From NCBI RefSeq assembly GCF_029227855.1, contig NZ_CP074356.1: a DNA stretch of 64,000 nt; one strand, given 5' to 3'. Made by a program: the position numbers and the translations under genes. This DNA comes from Escherichia coli (GTDB lineage: Bacteria > Pseudomonadota > Gammaproteobacteria > Enterobacterales > Enterobacteriaceae). How positions within the stretch are numbered: the stretch's first letter is position 1; each line of letters begins with the position of its first letter. The notes below the pieces were generated by a model, which was not told the DNA's origin, made no database searches, and saw nothing but the letters and a program-made list of their open reading frames with translations. Below, one piece after another: positions 13,476-33,082 of this stretch.

Positions 13476-15176
13476 ATGCGACTGCTCAACCGTCTTAACC
13501 AGTATCAACGTCTGTGGCAACCTTCCGCCGGAAAGCCGCAAACCGTCACCGTCAGCGAACTGGCCGAACGCTGTTTTTGCAGCGAACGCCATGTTCGTAC
13601 GCTGTTGCGTCAGGCACAGGAGGCGGGATGGCTGGAGTGGCAGGCGCAGTCAGGACGCGGAAAGCGCGGACAATTACGCTTTCTGGTCACGCCAGAATCG
13701 CTACGCAATGCGATGATGGAAAAGGCACTGGAAACCGGAAAGCAGCAAGATGTGCTGGAGCTGGCGCAACTGGCCCCAGGTGAGCTGCGCACTCTGTTAC
13801 AGCCGTTTATGGGTGGACAATGGCAAAACGATACACCCACGTTGCGTATTCCCTACTATCGCCCGCTCGAACCGCTACAACCGGGCTTTTTGCCCGGCCG
13901 TGCCGAGCAGCATCTCGCCGGGCAGATATTTTCCGGCCTGACCCGCTTCGATAATAATACCCAGCGCCCGATTGGCGATTTAGCGCATCACTGGGAAACC
14001 TCTACTGACGGGTTACGCTGGGACTTTTATCTTCGTTCAACCCTACACTGGCATAACGGCGATGCAGTAAAAGCCTCCCACTTACACCAGCGATTATTGA
14101 TGCTGTTACAACTGCCAGCACTGGATCAATTATTTATTAGCGTGAAGCGTATTGAAGTCACCCATCCGCAGTGTCTGACCTTCTTTTTACATCGCCCTGA
14201 TTACTGGCTTGCGCACCGGCTGGCGAGCTATTGCAGCCATCTGGCGCATCCGCAATTCCCACTGATCGGCACGGGTCCTTTTCGCTTAACACAATTCACA
14301 GCGGAGCTGGTGCGCCTGGAAAGCCATGATTATTACCATTTACGTCATCCGCTGCTTAAAGCGGTTGAGTACTGGATAACTCCGCCGCTTTTCGAAAAAG
14401 ATTTGGGAACCAGTTGTCGGCATCCCGTGCAAATCACCATCGGCAAACCGGAGGAGCTGCAACGGGTCAGCCAGGTCAGTAGTGGCATCAGTTTAGGTTT
14501 TTGCTATTTAACGTTGCGCAAAAGTCCCCGACTGTCCCTCTGGCAGGCGCGAAAAGTGATCTCCATTATTCATCAATCCGGTTTATTACAAACGTTAGAA
14601 GTTGGAGAAAACCTGATCACCGCCAGTCATGCATTACTGCCAGGCTGGACTATTCCGCAATGGCAAGTACCGGATGAGGTCAAACTACCGAAAACCTTGA
14701 CACTGGTTTATCACCTACCGATAGAACTTCATACCATGGCAGAACGTCTACAGGCGACACTGGCAGCGGAAGGCTGTGAACTCACAATTATTTTTCATAA
14801 CGCAAAAAACTGGGACGACACGACCCTACTGGCACACGCAGACCTCATGATGGGCGACAGATTAATTGGCGAAGCACCGGAATATACCCTGGAGCAATGG
14901 CTGCGTTGCGATCCACTATGGCCACATGTTTTCGACGCTCCAGCATATGCACATTTGCAATCGACACTGGACGCGGTGCAAGTAATGCCTGATGAGGAAA
15001 ACCGATTTAATGCCCTAAAAGCGGTTTTTAGCCAGTTAATGGCAGACGCGACGCTGACGCCGCTATTCAACTATCACTATCGCATTAGTGCCCCTCCCGG
15101 CGTGAACGGTGTGCGACTGACACCGCGCGGCTGGTTTGAATTTACCGAAGCCTGGCTTCCCGCGCCGTCGCAATGA
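13476..15176 (+). CDS. ybaE: SgrR-like putative transport regulator/solute-binding protein YbaE
   Basis: 566-aa product MRLLNRLNQYQRLWQ...; start at internal ATG 13476. Confidence 0.85.
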   Translation: MRLLNRLNQYQRLWQPSAGKPQTVTVSELAERCFCSERHVRTLLRQAQEAGWLEWQAQSGRGKRGQLRFLVTPESLRNAMMEKALETGKQQDVLELAQLAPGELRTLLQPFMGGQWQNDTPTLRIPYYRPLEPLQPGFLPGRAEQHLAGQIFSGLTRFDNNTQRPIGDLAHHWETSTDGLRWDFYLRSTLHWHNGDAVKASHLHQRLLMLLQLPALDQLFISVKRIEVTHPQCLTFFLHRPDYWLAHRLASYCSHLAHPQFPLIGTGPFRLTQFTAELVRLESHDYYHLRHPLLKAVEYWITPPLFEKDLGTSCRHPVQITIGKPEELQRVSQVSSGISLGFCYLTLRKSPRLSLWQARKVISIIHQSGLLQTLEVGENLITASHALLPGWTIPQWQVPDEVKLPKTLTLVYHLPIELHTMAERLQATLAAEGCELTIIFHNAKNWDDTTLLAHADLMMGDRLIGEAPEYTLEQWLRCDPLWPHVFDAPAYAHLQSTLDAVQVMPDEENRFNALKAVFSQLMADATLTPLFNYHYRISAPPGVNGVRLTPRGWFEFTEAWLPAPSQ

Positions 15177-15240
15177 ATAGCTGGTCCGGGTTAATCGCAG
15201 GCGTTACCATAACGTTTTTATTGTTCAAGCAGGATTATCT

Positions 15241-15936
15241 ATGAAACGTGCTGTCGTTGTGTTCAGTGGAGGCCAGGATTCCACCACCTGTCTGGTGCAG
15301 GCATTACAACAATATGATGAAGTCCATTGCGTGACGTTCGATTACGGTCAGCGGCATCGCGCAGAAATCGACGTGGCACGCGAACTGGCGCTGAAACTGG
15401 GGGCACGCGCGCATAAGGTGCTGGATGTCACCCTGCTCAACGAGCTGGCGGTCAGTAGCCTGACGCGTGACAGCATTCCGGTGCCTGATTATGAACCTGA
15501 AGCCGATGGTATCCCGAATACGTTTGTCCCAGGGCGTAATATTTTGTTCCTGACGCTGGCGGCAATATATGCGTATCAGGTAAAAGCAGAAGCCGTAATT
15601 ACCGGCGTCTGTGAAACGGATTTCTCCGGCTACCCGGATTGCCGCGATGAGTTTGTGAAAGCACTAAACCATGCCGTCAGTTTGGGCATGGCGAAAGATA
15701 TTCGTTTTGAAACGCCGCTGATGTGGATTGATAAAGCGGAAACCTGGGCGCTGGCAGATTATTACGGCAAACTGGATTTAGTCCGTAACGAAACGTTGAC
15801 CTGCTATAACGGCATTAAAGGCGACGGTTGCGGTCATTGTGCGGCATGTAATTTACGCGCCAACGGTTTGCATCATTATCTGGCCGATAAACCGACGGTG
15901 ATGGCAGCGATGAAGCAGAAAACCGGGTTGAAGTAA
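15241..15936 (+). CDS. queC: 7-cyano-7-deazaguanine synthase QueC
   Basis: 231-aa ORF with PP-loop motif SGGQDS near the N-terminus and C-terminal Cys cluster. Confidence 0.93.
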   Translation: MKRAVVVFSGGQDSTTCLVQALQQYDEVHCVTFDYGQRHRAEIDVARELALKLGARAHKVLDVTLLNELAVSSLTRDSIPVPDYEPEADGIPNTFVPGRNILFLTLAAIYAYQVKAEAVITGVCETDFSGYPDCRDEFVKALNHAVSLGMAKDIRFETPLMWIDKAETWALADYYGKLDLVRNETLTCYNGIKGDGCGHCAACNLRANGLHHYLADKPTVMAAMKQKTGLK

Positions 15937-15987
15937 TTATTCCGGGTGTCGCCGGATGCGGCTTGAGCATCCGGCACCACAAAACGT

Positions 15988-16386
15988 TTACTTAACCATC
16001 TGCTCCAGCTTTTCGCGCAATTCCCCTTCCAGAGCTAATGCTTTCTGCGTTTTAAGATCAATACAAACAAACGTAATAAGCGCATCCGCTACCACCTGCC
16101 CTTCCGGCTCCAGTGTAATGACCTGGCTTAAGATGCCGCTTTTACCGTTTAATTGCTGCAACTGACTGGTAATGGTTAACAGGTCGCTTAATACCGCCGG
16201 GCGACGATAGTTAATATTGATATTGACCACGACGAAGGCGATGTTATGGGCCGTCATCCACTGAAAACTGTCGCTATTTTCCAACCCATCCCAGCGGGCT
16301 TCTTCGAGAAACTCCAGATAGCGGGCGTTATTAACGTGCTGGTAAACATCGAGATGATATCCACGAACTTTGATTTGTGTTTGCAT
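15988..16386 (-). CDS. fadM: Long-chain acyl-CoA thioesterase III FadM (YbaW), hotdog fold
   Basis: 132-aa ORF, translation recognised as FadM. Confidence 0.88.
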   Translation of the reverse strand: MQTQIKVRGYHLDVYQHVNNARYLEFLEEARWDGLENSDSFQWMTAHNIAFVVVNININYRRPAVLSDLLTITSQLQQLNGKSGILSQVITLEPEGQVVADALITFVCIDLKTQKALALEGELREKLEQMVK

Positions 16387-16427
16387 AGCGCGAGAACCTT
16401 ACGTTGTTGTTATAAGTACAGAGGTCA

Positions 16428-18873
<2,446 letters not shown>

Positions 18874-19000
18874 GGTGTAACAACACTCCGCTGTAGATGA
18901 CTGTGTACCTCACGCAACGTATCGATGCGCGCAAAGGCCTATTGTGACAAGAAACGGGGGCAATTGTCAGCCCACAAGACGCAGAAAGTCACCGAATACA

Positions 19001-19030
19001 AATAAAAAAGGCACATCAGTAGATGCGCCC
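19001..19030 (-). terminator. hupB rho-independent terminator
   Basis: On the minus strand, imperfect hairpin GGCGCATC / GATGTGCC followed by TTTTTTATTT, about 35 nt after the hupB stop. Confidence 0.55.
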
Positions 19031-19064
19031 TTGAACTTCGTCACATCCCCACTGGGGACAACGC

Positions 19065-19337
19065 TTAGTTTACCGCGTCTTTCAGTGCTTTACCTGCACG
19101 GAAGCTCGGTACTTTAGCGGCAGCGATGGTGATCTCTTTACCGGTCTGCGGGTTGCGGCCAGTACGGGCAGCACGCTCTTTAACGGCAAAAGTACCAAAA
19201 CCTACCAGTGCTACATCATCCCCTTCTTTCAGAGATTCAGTTACGGAAGCAATAATAGCATCTAACGCACGGCCAGCCGCAGCTTTAGAGATATCAGCCC
19301 CTGCAGCAATCTTGTCGATCAATTGAGATTTATTCAC
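19065..19337 (-). CDS. hupB: DNA-binding protein HU-beta
   Basis: 90-aa product [50 protein letters not shown]... Confidence 0.95.
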
Positions 19338-19475
19338 TCTTCTCTTCCTCTTTATAATTTATATCGCACTTGAATCCTTCAAGGTACGAACGCGCAGCAG
19401 TTATATCAGGCCAGCCATCCCCTTACAACACCCCTTAATAAGGGCAAGCCCGATCCGCCATCTAACTTAGCGAGA

Positions 19476-19514
19476 CAAAAAAAGGCTGGCAAGCCCGAAT
19501 TAGCCTGCCAGCCC
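19476..19514 (-). terminator. lon rho-independent terminator
   Basis: Inverted repeat GGCTGGCA / TGCCAGCC flanked by an A7 run (a T-run on the minus strand), about 30 nt after the lon stop. Confidence 0.6.
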
Positions 19515-19545
19515 TGTTTTTATTAGTGCATTTTGCGCGAGGTCA

Positions 19546-21900
19546 CTATTTTGCAGTCACAACCTGCATGCCAGACGGTTCATTTTGCAGCGCCAGAGTC
19601 AGAACTTCCTCAATGCGCTTCACAGGATGAATGTCCAGATCGGCAATTACGTTGTCAGGAATCTCTTCCAGATCGCGTTTATTTTCGAACGGAATTAGCA
19701 CTGTTTTAATCCCGCCCCGATGCGCTGCCAGTAGTTTTTCTTTCAAACCACCGATCGGCAGTACCTGACCACGCAGAGTGATCTCACCGGTCATTGCCAC
19801 ATCGGCACGAACCGGGTTACCGGTCAGGCAAGAAACCAGCGCGGTGCACATAGCAATACCGGCACTCGGACCATCTTTCGGCGTCGCACCTTCCGGTACG
19901 TGGACGTGGATGTCGCGTTTTTCGTAAAAATCAGGGTTGATCCCCAGTTTTTCCGCACGCGCACGAACCACCGTTAACGCTGCCTGAATGGACTCCTGCA
20001 TCACTTCGCCAAGCGATCCGGTATAGGTCAGTTTGCCTTTACCCGGAACGCACGCGGTTTCAATGGTCAGCAAGTCACCGCCCACTTCCGTCCACGCCAG
20101 ACCAGTTACCTGACCGACACGGTTTTCGTTATCAGCGCGTCCATAGTCGAAACGCTGAACACCGAGGTAGTCATGCAGGTTATCACCGTTAACTTCGATA
20201 TGTTTTAATGACTTATCGAGCAGTAACTGCTTAACCGCTTTGCGACACAGTTTGGAGATTTCACGCTCCAGACCACGCACGCCCGCCTCACGGGTGTAAT
20301 AACGAATAATGCCGATAATGGCGCTATCGTCGACGGTCAGCTCACCTTTTTTCAGTGCATTACGTTCAATCTGCTTCGGCAACAGGTGACGTTTGGCGAT
20401 GTTCAGTTTTTCATCTTCGGTATAACCGGAGAGGCGAATCACTTCCATACGATCCAGCAGCGGTGCCGGAATGTTCATGGAGTTCGACGTCGCGACAAAC
20501 ATCACGTCGCTGAGATCGTAATCCACTTCCAGGTAGTGGTCGCTGAACGCTACGTTCTGCTCTGGATCCAGCACTTCAAGCAGTGCGGAGGCCGGATCGC
20601 CACGCATGTCAGAAGACATTTTGTCGATCTCATCGAGCAGGAACAGCGGGTTTTTCACGCCCACTTTCGCCATTTTCTGGATCAGTTTACCCGGCATAGA
20701 ACCGATGTAAGTACGGCGGTGACCACGGATTTCCGCTTCATCACGCACGCCGCCCAGCGCCATACGGACATATTTACGCCCGGTGGCTTTGGCAATGGAC
20801 TGACCAAGAGAGGTTTTACCTACCCCTGGCGGCCCTACCAGGCAGAGGATCGGTCCCTTGATTTTGTTGACACGGCTTTGAACCGCAAGATACTCAAGGA
20901 TGCGATCTTTCACGCGCTCCAGACCATAATGGTCGGTATCAAGGATTTCCTGCGCCTGACGCAGGTCTTTTTTGACCTTGCTGCGCGCATTCCACGGCAC
21001 CTGTACCATCCAGTCGATATAACCACGCACTACGGTCGCTTCTGCCGACATCGGAGACATCATTTTCAGCTTCTGCAACTCTGCTTCCGCTTTCTCTTTT
21101 GCCTCTTTCGGCATTTTCGCCGCGTCAATTTTGCGCTTCAGGGCTTCGTTTTCGTCCGGCGCGTCGTCCATTTCACCGAGTTCTTTCTGAATAGCTTTCA
21201 TTTGCTCGTTCAGATAGTACTCACGCTGGGATTTCTCCATCTGCTTTTTAACGCGGTTGCGAATGCGTTTCTCAACCTGCAGCAGATCGATTTCCGATTC
21301 CATCATTGCCATCAGATATTCCAGACGTTCGTTAACGTCGGACATCTCCAGAACGGACTGTTTGTCAGCCAGTTTCAGCGGCATATGTGCAGCAATGGTA
21401 TCCGCCAGACGCGCCGGGTCGTCGATGCTATTCAGCGACGTCAGCACTTCTGGTGGGATTTTTTTGTTCAGCTTGATGTAGCCTTCGAACTGGCTGATTG
21501 CAGTACGCACCAGCACTTCCTGTTCCCGCTCATCAATGGTCGGCGACTCCAGATACTCCGCCTTCGCAGAAAAGTGTTCGCCATTGTCAGAGAGCGCAGA
21601 AATACGCGCGCGCTGTAACCCCTCGACCAGCACTTTGACGGTGCCGTCTGGCAGTTTCAGCATCTGCAATATAGAGGCCACGGTCCCGACGGTGAAAAGA
21701 TCGTTTACACCCGGCTCATCCGTTGAAGCTTCTTTCTGCGCGACCAGCATAATTTTTTTATCATGGTCCATCGCCGCTTCCAGACAACGGATAGATTTTT
21801 CCCGCCCGACAAATAAGGGGATGACCATGTGCGGATAAACCACCACATCGCGCAGCGGCAATACGGGGATTTCAATGCGTTCAGAACGCTCAGGATTCAT
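19546..21900 (-). CDS. lon: ATP-dependent Lon protease
   Basis: 784-aa product from internal ATG ([25 protein letters not shown]...); Walker [10 protein letters not shown] and catalytic serine region PKDGPSAG. Confidence 0.95.
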   Translation of the reverse strand: MNPERSERIEIPVLPLRDVVVYPHMVIPLFVGREKSIRCLEAAMDHDKKIMLVAQKEASTDEPGVNDLFTVGTVASILQMLKLPDGTVKVLVEGLQRARISALSDNGEHFSAKAEYLESPTIDEREQEVLVRTAISQFEGYIKLNKKIPPEVLTSLNSIDDPARLADTIAAHMPLKLADKQSVLEMSDVNERLEYLMAMMESEIDLLQVEKRIRNRVKKQMEKSQREYYLNEQMKAIQKELGEMDDAPDENEALKRKIDAAKMPKEAKEKAEAELQKLKMMSPMSAEATVVRGYIDWMVQVPWNARSKVKKDLRQAQEILDTDHYGLERVKDRILEYLAVQSRVNKIKGPILCLVGPPGVGKTSLGQSIAKATGRKYVRMALGGVRDEAEIRGHRRTYIGSMPGKLIQKMAKVGVKNPLFLLDEIDKMSSDMRGDPASALLEVLDPEQNVAFSDHYLEVDYDLSDVMFVATSNSMNIPAPLLDRMEVIRLSGYTEDEKLNIAKRHLLPKQIERNALKKGELTVDDSAIIGIIRYYTREAGVRGLEREISKLCRKAVKQLLLDKSLKHIEVNGDNLHDYLGVQRFDYGRADNENRVGQVTGLAWTEVGGDLLTIETACVPGKGKLTYTGSLGEVMQESIQAALTVVRARAEKLGINPDFYEKRDIHVHVPEGATPKDGPSAGIAMCTALVSCLTGNPVRADVAMTGEITLRGQVLPIGGLKEKLLAAHRGGIKTVLIPFENKRDLEEIPDNVIADLDIHPVKRIEEVLTLALQNEPSGMQVVTAK

Positions 21901-21983
21901 AGAGCTCTCTCTTAGTTTAATTTCCGCCAGGTAATCAGATGACACGACTGTGCTTCACGCCATCTATTAACATGTACGTCAGT

Positions 21984-22012
21984 ATATGGGGATGTTTCCC
22001 CCACATTCAACG
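21984..22012 (-). promoter_or_regulatory. Sigma-32 heat-shock promoter of lon (candidate)
   Basis: Minus strand reads TTGAAT-N13-CCCCATAT, resembling the sigma-32 -35 CTTGAA / -10 CCCCATNT consensus, about 85 nt upstream of the lon start. Confidence 0.55.
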
Positions 22013-22087
22013 CCGAGAATAGAGGAAAAATTAAAGGGGAGATAAAATCCCCCCTTTTTGGTTAACTAATTGTATGGGAATGGTTAA

Positions 22088-23362
22088 TTATTCACCAGAT
22101 GCCTGTTGCGCTTCCGGCTTGCCATAAATCAGCAACGGCTTGCTTTGACCATCAATTACCGATTCGTCGATAACCACTTTTTCGACGTCTTCCATGGACG
22201 GCAGATCGTACATGGTATCGAGCAGTGCGGCTTCTACGATGGAACGCAGGCCACGGGCACCGGTTTTACGCGCCATCGCTTTCTTAGCGATAGCATCCAG
22301 CGCCTCGTCACGGAATTCCAGATCCACGCCTTCCAAATTAAACAGCGCCTGATACTGCTTGGTCAGGGCGTTTTTCGGCTCTTTGAGGATCTGAATCAGA
22401 GCTTCTTCGCTCAGTTCATTCAACGTTGCGACAACCGGCAGACGACCAATGAACTCAGGGATCAGACCAAACTTGATCAGATCTTCCGGTTCAACCTGCG
22501 CCAGCAGCTCGCCTTCGCTTGCTTTGTCGGACTTCGCTTTTACCGTCGCGCCAAAACCAATGCCGGAGCCGGTTTCTACACGATGGGAAATGACTTTATC
22601 CAGACCAGCGAACGCACCACCACAAATAAACAGGATCTTAGAGGTATCTACCTGCAAGAATTCCTGCTGCGGATGTTTACGCCCACCTTGCGGTGGAACA
22701 GCAGCTACCGTACCTTCGATCAGTTTCAACAGAGCCTGCTGTACGCCTTCACCGGAAACGTCTCGGGTAATGGACGGGTTGTCTGACTTACGAGAAATCT
22801 TGTCGATTTCATCGATGTAGACAATCCCGCGCTGCGCTTTCTGTACGTCGTAATCGCACTTCTGCAACAGCTTCTGAATGATGTTTTCAACGTCTTCGCC
22901 CACATAACCGGCTTCGGTCAGCGTGGTTGCGTCGGCCATGGTGAACGGGACGTCCAGCAGGCGCGCCAGCGTTTCGGCCAGCAGCGTTTTACCGGAACCG
23001 GTCGGACCGATCAGCAGAATGTTACTTTTGCCCAACTCGACGCCATTGCTGGTATCGCCGTTACGCAGACGTTTGTAGTGGTTGTATACCGCGACCGCCA
23101 GCACTTTTTTCGCCTGTTCCTGACCGATAACGTAATCGTCCAGGTGGATACGAATTTCATGCGGCGTCGGTAGCGCACTGCGTTCACGATGCGGTGCAAC
23201 TTCTTTAATCTCTTCGCGAATGATGTCGTTACATAAATCAACACATTCGTCGCAGATATACACGGATGGACCGGCAATCAGCTTGCGCACTTCATGCTGG
23301 CTTTTGCCGCAAAAAGAGCAATACAGCAATTTGCCTGAGCCATCTTTGCGTTTATCTGTCAT
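22088..23362 (-). CDS. clpX: ATP-dependent Clp protease ATP-binding subunit ClpX
   Basis: 424-aa ORF with N-terminal zinc-binding CSFCG...CDEC motif and Walker A GPTGSGKT. Confidence 0.95.
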   Translation of the reverse strand: MTDKRKDGSGKLLYCSFCGKSQHEVRKLIAGPSVYICDECVDLCNDIIREEIKEVAPHRERSALPTPHEIRIHLDDYVIGQEQAKKVLAVAVYNHYKRLRNGDTSNGVELGKSNILLIGPTGSGKTLLAETLARLLDVPFTMADATTLTEAGYVGEDVENIIQKLLQKCDYDVQKAQRGIVYIDEIDKISRKSDNPSITRDVSGEGVQQALLKLIEGTVAAVPPQGGRKHPQQEFLQVDTSKILFICGGAFAGLDKVISHRVETGSGIGFGATVKAKSDKASEGELLAQVEPEDLIKFGLIPEFIGRLPVVATLNELSEEALIQILKEPKNALTKQYQALFNLEGVDLEFRDEALDAIAKKAMARKTGARGLRSIVEAALLDTMYDLPSMEDVEKVVIDESVIDGQSKPLLIYGKPEAQQASGE

Positions 23363-23487
23363 GGGTCAAAACCTCTTCTTTGTTCTTTGTGCCGCACACG
23401 ACGACGCAAATGCCATTCTCAGGCGCAAGCCGCTTACAGCGTTGTGCCGCCCTGGATAAGTATAGCGGCACAGTTGCGCCTCTGGCA

Positions 23488-24111
23488 TCAATTACGATGG
23501 GTCAGAATCGAATCGACCAGACCGTATTCCACCGCTTCAGGGGCGGAAAGGAAGCGATCGCGCTCGGTATCACGTTCAATCTGTTCTAATGATTGACCCG
23601 TATGAAGCGCCATAAGTTCATTCATGCGTCCTTTAACTTTCAGAATTTCACGGGCATGAATTTCGATATCGGTCGCCTGGCCCTGGTAGCCGCCCAACGG
23701 CTGGTGAATCATCACGCGCGAATTCGGCAGGCAGAAACGTTTACCTTTTGCCCCTGCAGTCAGCAAGAAAGCGCCCATCGAAGCCGCCTGGCCCATACAG
23801 ATGGTGCTGACATCAGGCTTGATAAACTGCATGGTGTCATAGATAGACATCCCGGCAGTAATCACCCCGCCTGGGGAGTTGATGTACAGATAGATATCTT
23901 TTTCTGGGTTTTCTGCTTCCAGGAACAGCATCTGCGCCACAATCAGGTTAGCCATGTGGTCTTCAACCTGGCCAGTCAGAAAAATGACGCGTTCCTTAAG
24001 TAGACGAGAATAGATATCAAAAGAGCGCTCACCACGTGAGGTCTGTTCAATGACCATCGGCACCAGCGCCATATGGGGTGCAAAGTTATCTCGTTCGCCG
24101 CTGTATGACAT
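23488..24111 (-). CDS. clpP: ATP-dependent Clp protease proteolytic subunit ClpP
   Basis: 207-aa ORF, translation recognised as ClpP. Confidence 0.95.
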   Translation of the reverse strand: MSYSGERDNFAPHMALVPMVIEQTSRGERSFDIYSRLLKERVIFLTGQVEDHMANLIVAQMLFLEAENPEKDIYLYINSPGGVITAGMSIYDTMQFIKPDVSTICMGQAASMGAFLLTAGAKGKRFCLPNSRVMIHQPLGGYQGQATDIEIHAREILKVKGRMNELMALHTGQSLEQIERDTERDRFLSAPEAVEYGLVDSILTHRN

Positions 24112-24189
24112 TTCCGTCTCCTGGATAAAATTGAAAAAACCTGCTGTACCGATTGTAACCTTATGGACGGATTATCAGCTAGTCCCTGT

Positions 24190-24220
24190 GTTATGGGTAC
24201 GGCATCACCATATTTCAAGC
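24190..24220 (-). promoter_or_regulatory. Sigma-32 heat-shock promoter of clpPX (candidate)
   Basis: Minus strand reads CTTGAAA-N15-CCCATAAC upstream of clpP; fits the sigma-32 consensus loosely. Confidence 0.4.
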
Positions 24221-24356
24221 ATAACAATCTTTTGTTGTTACGCTAACACCGAAAGAGGCTTTTCGCACGGTTCCATGCAAAATTCATGACAAAAAAAAGC
24301 CCACCACCTGGCGGTGACGGGCCTTTGTGCGAATTTAGCGCGTTATGCTGCGTAAA

Positions 24357-25664
<1,308 letters not shown>

Positions 25665-25998
25665 TCAAAAAATCACAGTGCTCGGTCAACTCTTACCCCG
25701 CAAGCACAGGTTGTTGGCTTCGCGGAACCGGGATGTTCTTATAATCAATCACATTCCCTGTTACCAGAATCATCCCGAAAGCATTCAAATAGGACGCGGC
25801 ATTATAGCGGCATCACTTTTATGAGTCGAGAACGGTTATTGCGCGCTGTCGCGTATTTTTTCACAATTCCCGGGCAATTTTCGTCTGAATGCTGGGCAAA
25901 AAGCGCAAAATCCAGACAAAACAAAACGGCCCGCAGGCCGTTTTTCATAAAATCTTTAGCAACATACTGGAAAAGCGCCGACAGTTGCAAATGCGTTT

Positions 25999-26316
25999 TT
26001 ACGCGATGCTTCCTGCTCCACGACAGGGAGGAGAGGCAAAGACGGTGTCCTGCAACCCTTCCCACTCCTTAATAGTGTAAGTATGCAGAGCCAGCGCATG
26101 AACGGTAGTAGAGAGTTCCTCCGCTAAAGTACTGTAAATCATTCGATGACGATTCAGAAAACGTTCACCCGTAAAACGATCGCTGACCAGCACAACTTTA
26201 AAATGGCTTTCAGAGCCGGCTGGGACATTGTGACGATAGCTTTCATCCACTACTTCGAGGAATACGGGTTGGAACGCCGCCCTTAATTTTTCTTCTATCC
26301 GCTCACGTATCATCAT
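25999..26316 (-). CDS. bolA: Stress/morphology transcriptional regulator BolA
   Basis: 105-aa product [32 protein letters not shown]...; start at internal ATG. Confidence 0.9.
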
Positions 26317-26620
26317 GAAATATCTCCTCCGACAACGCTGAGATGTCATCCATCCCTTTAAATACTAGCCGCTTTTACCGTTTCCATTGCAGCTTAACAA
26401 CAAATATTTAGGTTTCGTCCTGGTTTTTCTGTCAAGCGTATGAAGTTTACTGATTTAAAGATTGAAACACAGGCCTCGCATCAGCGTTTCTTTTACCAGG
26501 GGCGATTATTTCGTCAACATGATGAATTTACATGCCTTACCCACTTCCCCTCGCCGTTGGCAATGTTATGATGGCGGGAATTTTTACCAAACACGCTTAA
26601 GAGTCTCTGAGAGCCCGAAC

Positions 26621-27199
26621 ATGTTCAAAAAAATCCTCTTCCCGTTAGTTGCTCTGTTTATGCTTGCAGGATGCGCAAAACCGCCAACAACTATTGAAGT
26701 TTCACCGGCGATGACACTGCCACAGCAGGATCCAAGCCTGATGGGCGTCACCGTAAGCATTAATGGTGCCGATCAGCGTACCGATCAGGCGCTGGCAAAA
26801 GTCACCCGCGATAATCAAATCGTTACCCTGACCGCCTCCCGCGATCTGCGTTTCCTGCTGCAAGAAGTGCTGGAAAAACAGATGACCGCGCGTGGTTACA
26901 TGGTCGGTCCGAATGGCCCGGTTAATCTGCAAATCATCGTTAGCCAACTGTATGCTGATGTGTCCCAGGGCAACGTGCGCTATAACATCGCGACCAAAGC
27001 GGATATCGCCATCATCGCTACCGCGCAGAATGGCAACAAAATGACCAAGAACTATCGTGCCAGCTACAACGTTGAAGGTGCGTTCCAGGCCTCCAACAAA
27101 AATATCGCCGATGCGGTTAACAGTGTGCTGACCGATACCATCGCTGATATGTCTCAGGACACCAGCATCCACGAATTCATCAAGCAGAACGCGCGTTAA
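26621..27199 (+). CDS. yajG: Lipoprotein YajG
   Basis: 192-aa product MFKKILFPLVALFMLAGCAKPP... (signal peptide plus lipobox LAGC); start at internal ATG 26621. Confidence 0.88.
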   Translation: MFKKILFPLVALFMLAGCAKPPTTIEVSPAMTLPQQDPSLMGVTVSINGADQRTDQALAKVTRDNQIVTLTASRDLRFLLQEVLEKQMTARGYMVGPNGPVNLQIIVSQLYADVSQGNVRYNIATKADIAIIATAQNGNKMTKNYRASYNVEGAFQASNKNIADAVNSVLTDTIADMSQDTSIHEFIKQNAR

Positions 27200-27242
27200 T
27201 TTCTGCCCTCTGGCCCGGTGCAAGCCGGGCCTGTAGACGCCC

Positions 27243-28718
27243 ATGTCCAGTCAATATTTACGTATTTTTCAACAGCCACGTTCAGCCATATTGCTGATCC
27301 TGGGTTTTGCTTCCGGGCTACCGCTCGCCCTGACGTCCGGCACCTTACAGGCCTGGATGACGGTCGAGAATATCGATCTCAAAACCATTGGTTTCTTCTC
27401 TCTGGTAGGCCAGGCTTACGTTTTTAAATTCCTCTGGTCACCGCTGATGGACCGCTACACGCCCCCATTTTTTGGGCGGCGGCGCGGTTGGCTGCTCGCC
27501 ACGCAAATCATGTTATTAGTCGCCATTGCGGCGATGGGTTTTCTCGAACCCGGCACCCAACTCCGCTGGATGGCGGCACTGGCAGTGGTGATCGCTTTTT
27601 GCTCTGCCTCCCAGGATATTGTCTTCGATGCGTGGAAAACCGATGTGCTCCCGGCAGAAGAACGTGGTGCGGGCGCGGCAATCAGCGTGCTGGGTTACCG
27701 TTTAGGGATGCTGGTTTCCGGCGGCTTAGCCCTATGGCTGGCAGATAAATGGCTGGGCTGGCAGGGCATGTACTGGTTGATGGCGGCGCTGTTGATCCCT
27801 TGTATTATCGCGACGTTACTTGCACCAGAACCCACCGACACCATTCCTGTGCCCAAAACGCTGGAACAAGCGGTTGTTGCACCTCTGCGAGATTTCTTTG
27901 GTCGCAATAATGCCTGGCTTATTTTGCTTCTTATCGTGCTGTATAAGCTGGGTGACGCATTCGCCATGAGCCTGACGACCACGTTTTTGATTCGCGGCGT
28001 CGGGTTTGATGCGGGTGAAGTAGGCGTGGTTAACAAAACGCTGGGCTTACTGGCGACCATTGTGGGCGCATTGTACGGTGGGATTTTGATGCAGCGCCTG
28101 TCGCTGTTCCGGGCGCTGCTGATTTTCGGCATTTTACAAGGTGCGTCTAACGCTGGTTACTGGCTGCTGTCGATCACTGATAAGCATCTCTACAGCATGG
28201 GCGCAGCCGTCTTTTTCGAAAACCTCTGTGGCGGGATGGGTACATCAGCCTTTGTCGCGCTGTTAATGACGCTGTGTAATAAGTCATTTTCCGCTACTCA
28301 ATTTGCCCTGCTCTCAGCGCTTTCTGCTGTAGGGCGAGTTTATGTCGGCCCCGTGGCGGGTTGGTTTGTTGAAGCACACGGCTGGTCGACATTCTATCTG
28401 TTCTCCGTCGCCGCTGCCGTACCAGGGCTTATTTTGCTGCTGATTTGTCGCCAGACGCTTGAATATACACGAGTAAATGATAACTTTATCTCCCGTACCG
28501 AATATCCGGCAGGTTATGCCTTTGCCATGTGGACACTGGCGGCGGGCGTCAGCCTGTTGGCCGTGTGGTTACTGCTGTTGACGATGGACGCGCTGGATTT
28601 GACGCACTTCTCTTTCCTGCCTGCTCTGCTGGAAGTCGGGGTTTTAGTCGCCCTTTCTGGCGTCGTGCTTGGTGGTTTACTGGATTATCTGGCGCTACGA
28701 AAAACGCATCTGACGTAA
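27243..28718 (+). CDS. ampG: Muropeptide permease AmpG (MFS)
   Basis: 491-aa polytopic membrane ORF directly downstream of yajG. Confidence 0.92.
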   Translation: MSSQYLRIFQQPRSAILLILGFASGLPLALTSGTLQAWMTVENIDLKTIGFFSLVGQAYVFKFLWSPLMDRYTPPFFGRRRGWLLATQIMLLVAIAAMGFLEPGTQLRWMAALAVVIAFCSASQDIVFDAWKTDVLPAEERGAGAAISVLGYRLGMLVSGGLALWLADKWLGWQGMYWLMAALLIPCIIATLLAPEPTDTIPVPKTLEQAVVAPLRDFFGRNNAWLILLLIVLYKLGDAFAMSLTTTFLIRGVGFDAGEVGVVNKTLGLLATIVGALYGGILMQRLSLFRALLIFGILQGASNAGYWLLSITDKHLYSMGAAVFFENLCGGMGTSAFVALLMTLCNKSFSATQFALLSALSAVGRVYVGPVAGWFVEAHGWSTFYLFSVAAAVPGLILLLICRQTLEYTRVNDNFISRTEYPAGYAFAMWTLAAGVSLLAVWLLLLTMDALDLTHFSFLPALLEVGVLVALSGVVLGGLLDYLALRKTHLT

Positions 28719-29174
28719 TCTGTAAATATTATTTAGCCGTAGTAATCACTCGCCGTAATTATTACGGCTAAATAAACATCAGCATCGCTTATTAATATTT
28801 GTTCTTTTGTGCGGCTTAGCGTCTGGAAATTATTGACGCCATTTATGAATTCTATTTTTCTTACACGATTCAGCTAATGAGTCTTTATTTTCTCACTACC
28901 CAGTTGTCACCTTAATGATAATTATTTGTTAAATAATTGTTTTATTTCGCATTGGTTATACCAATTGCCCGCCCAGACTCCTTCTGCACTCCCCTTTTGT
29001 TATAACGCCCTTTTGCAACAGCTTCTTAAAATCAACCTGATATGTTTTGCAACATATGTGACCTGGAAGCCAAATCCAAGTAACAGGAATTTAATCATGT
29101 TTACAGTAATGTAACCTTCCCGTAAAATGCCCACACACTTTAAACGCCACCAGATCCCGTGGAATTGAGGTCGT

Positions 29175-30125
<951 letters not shown>

Positions 30126-30134
30126 AGGGGTTGA

Positions 30135-33071
<2,937 letters not shown>

Positions 33072-33082
33072 GAGCGGCGGTT

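Noticed and set aside
15947-15978. REP-like hairpin GCCGGATGC...GCATCCGGC between queC and fadM
   Set aside because: Resembles the GCCGGATGCGGC core of REP elements and may act as a convergent terminator, but it is a single partial unit and I cannot verify family membership without a search.
20386-21618. 410-aa plus-strand ORF inside lon
   Set aside because: Antisense shadow ORF of lon; translation is Arg/His/Phe-rich nonsense with no motifs.
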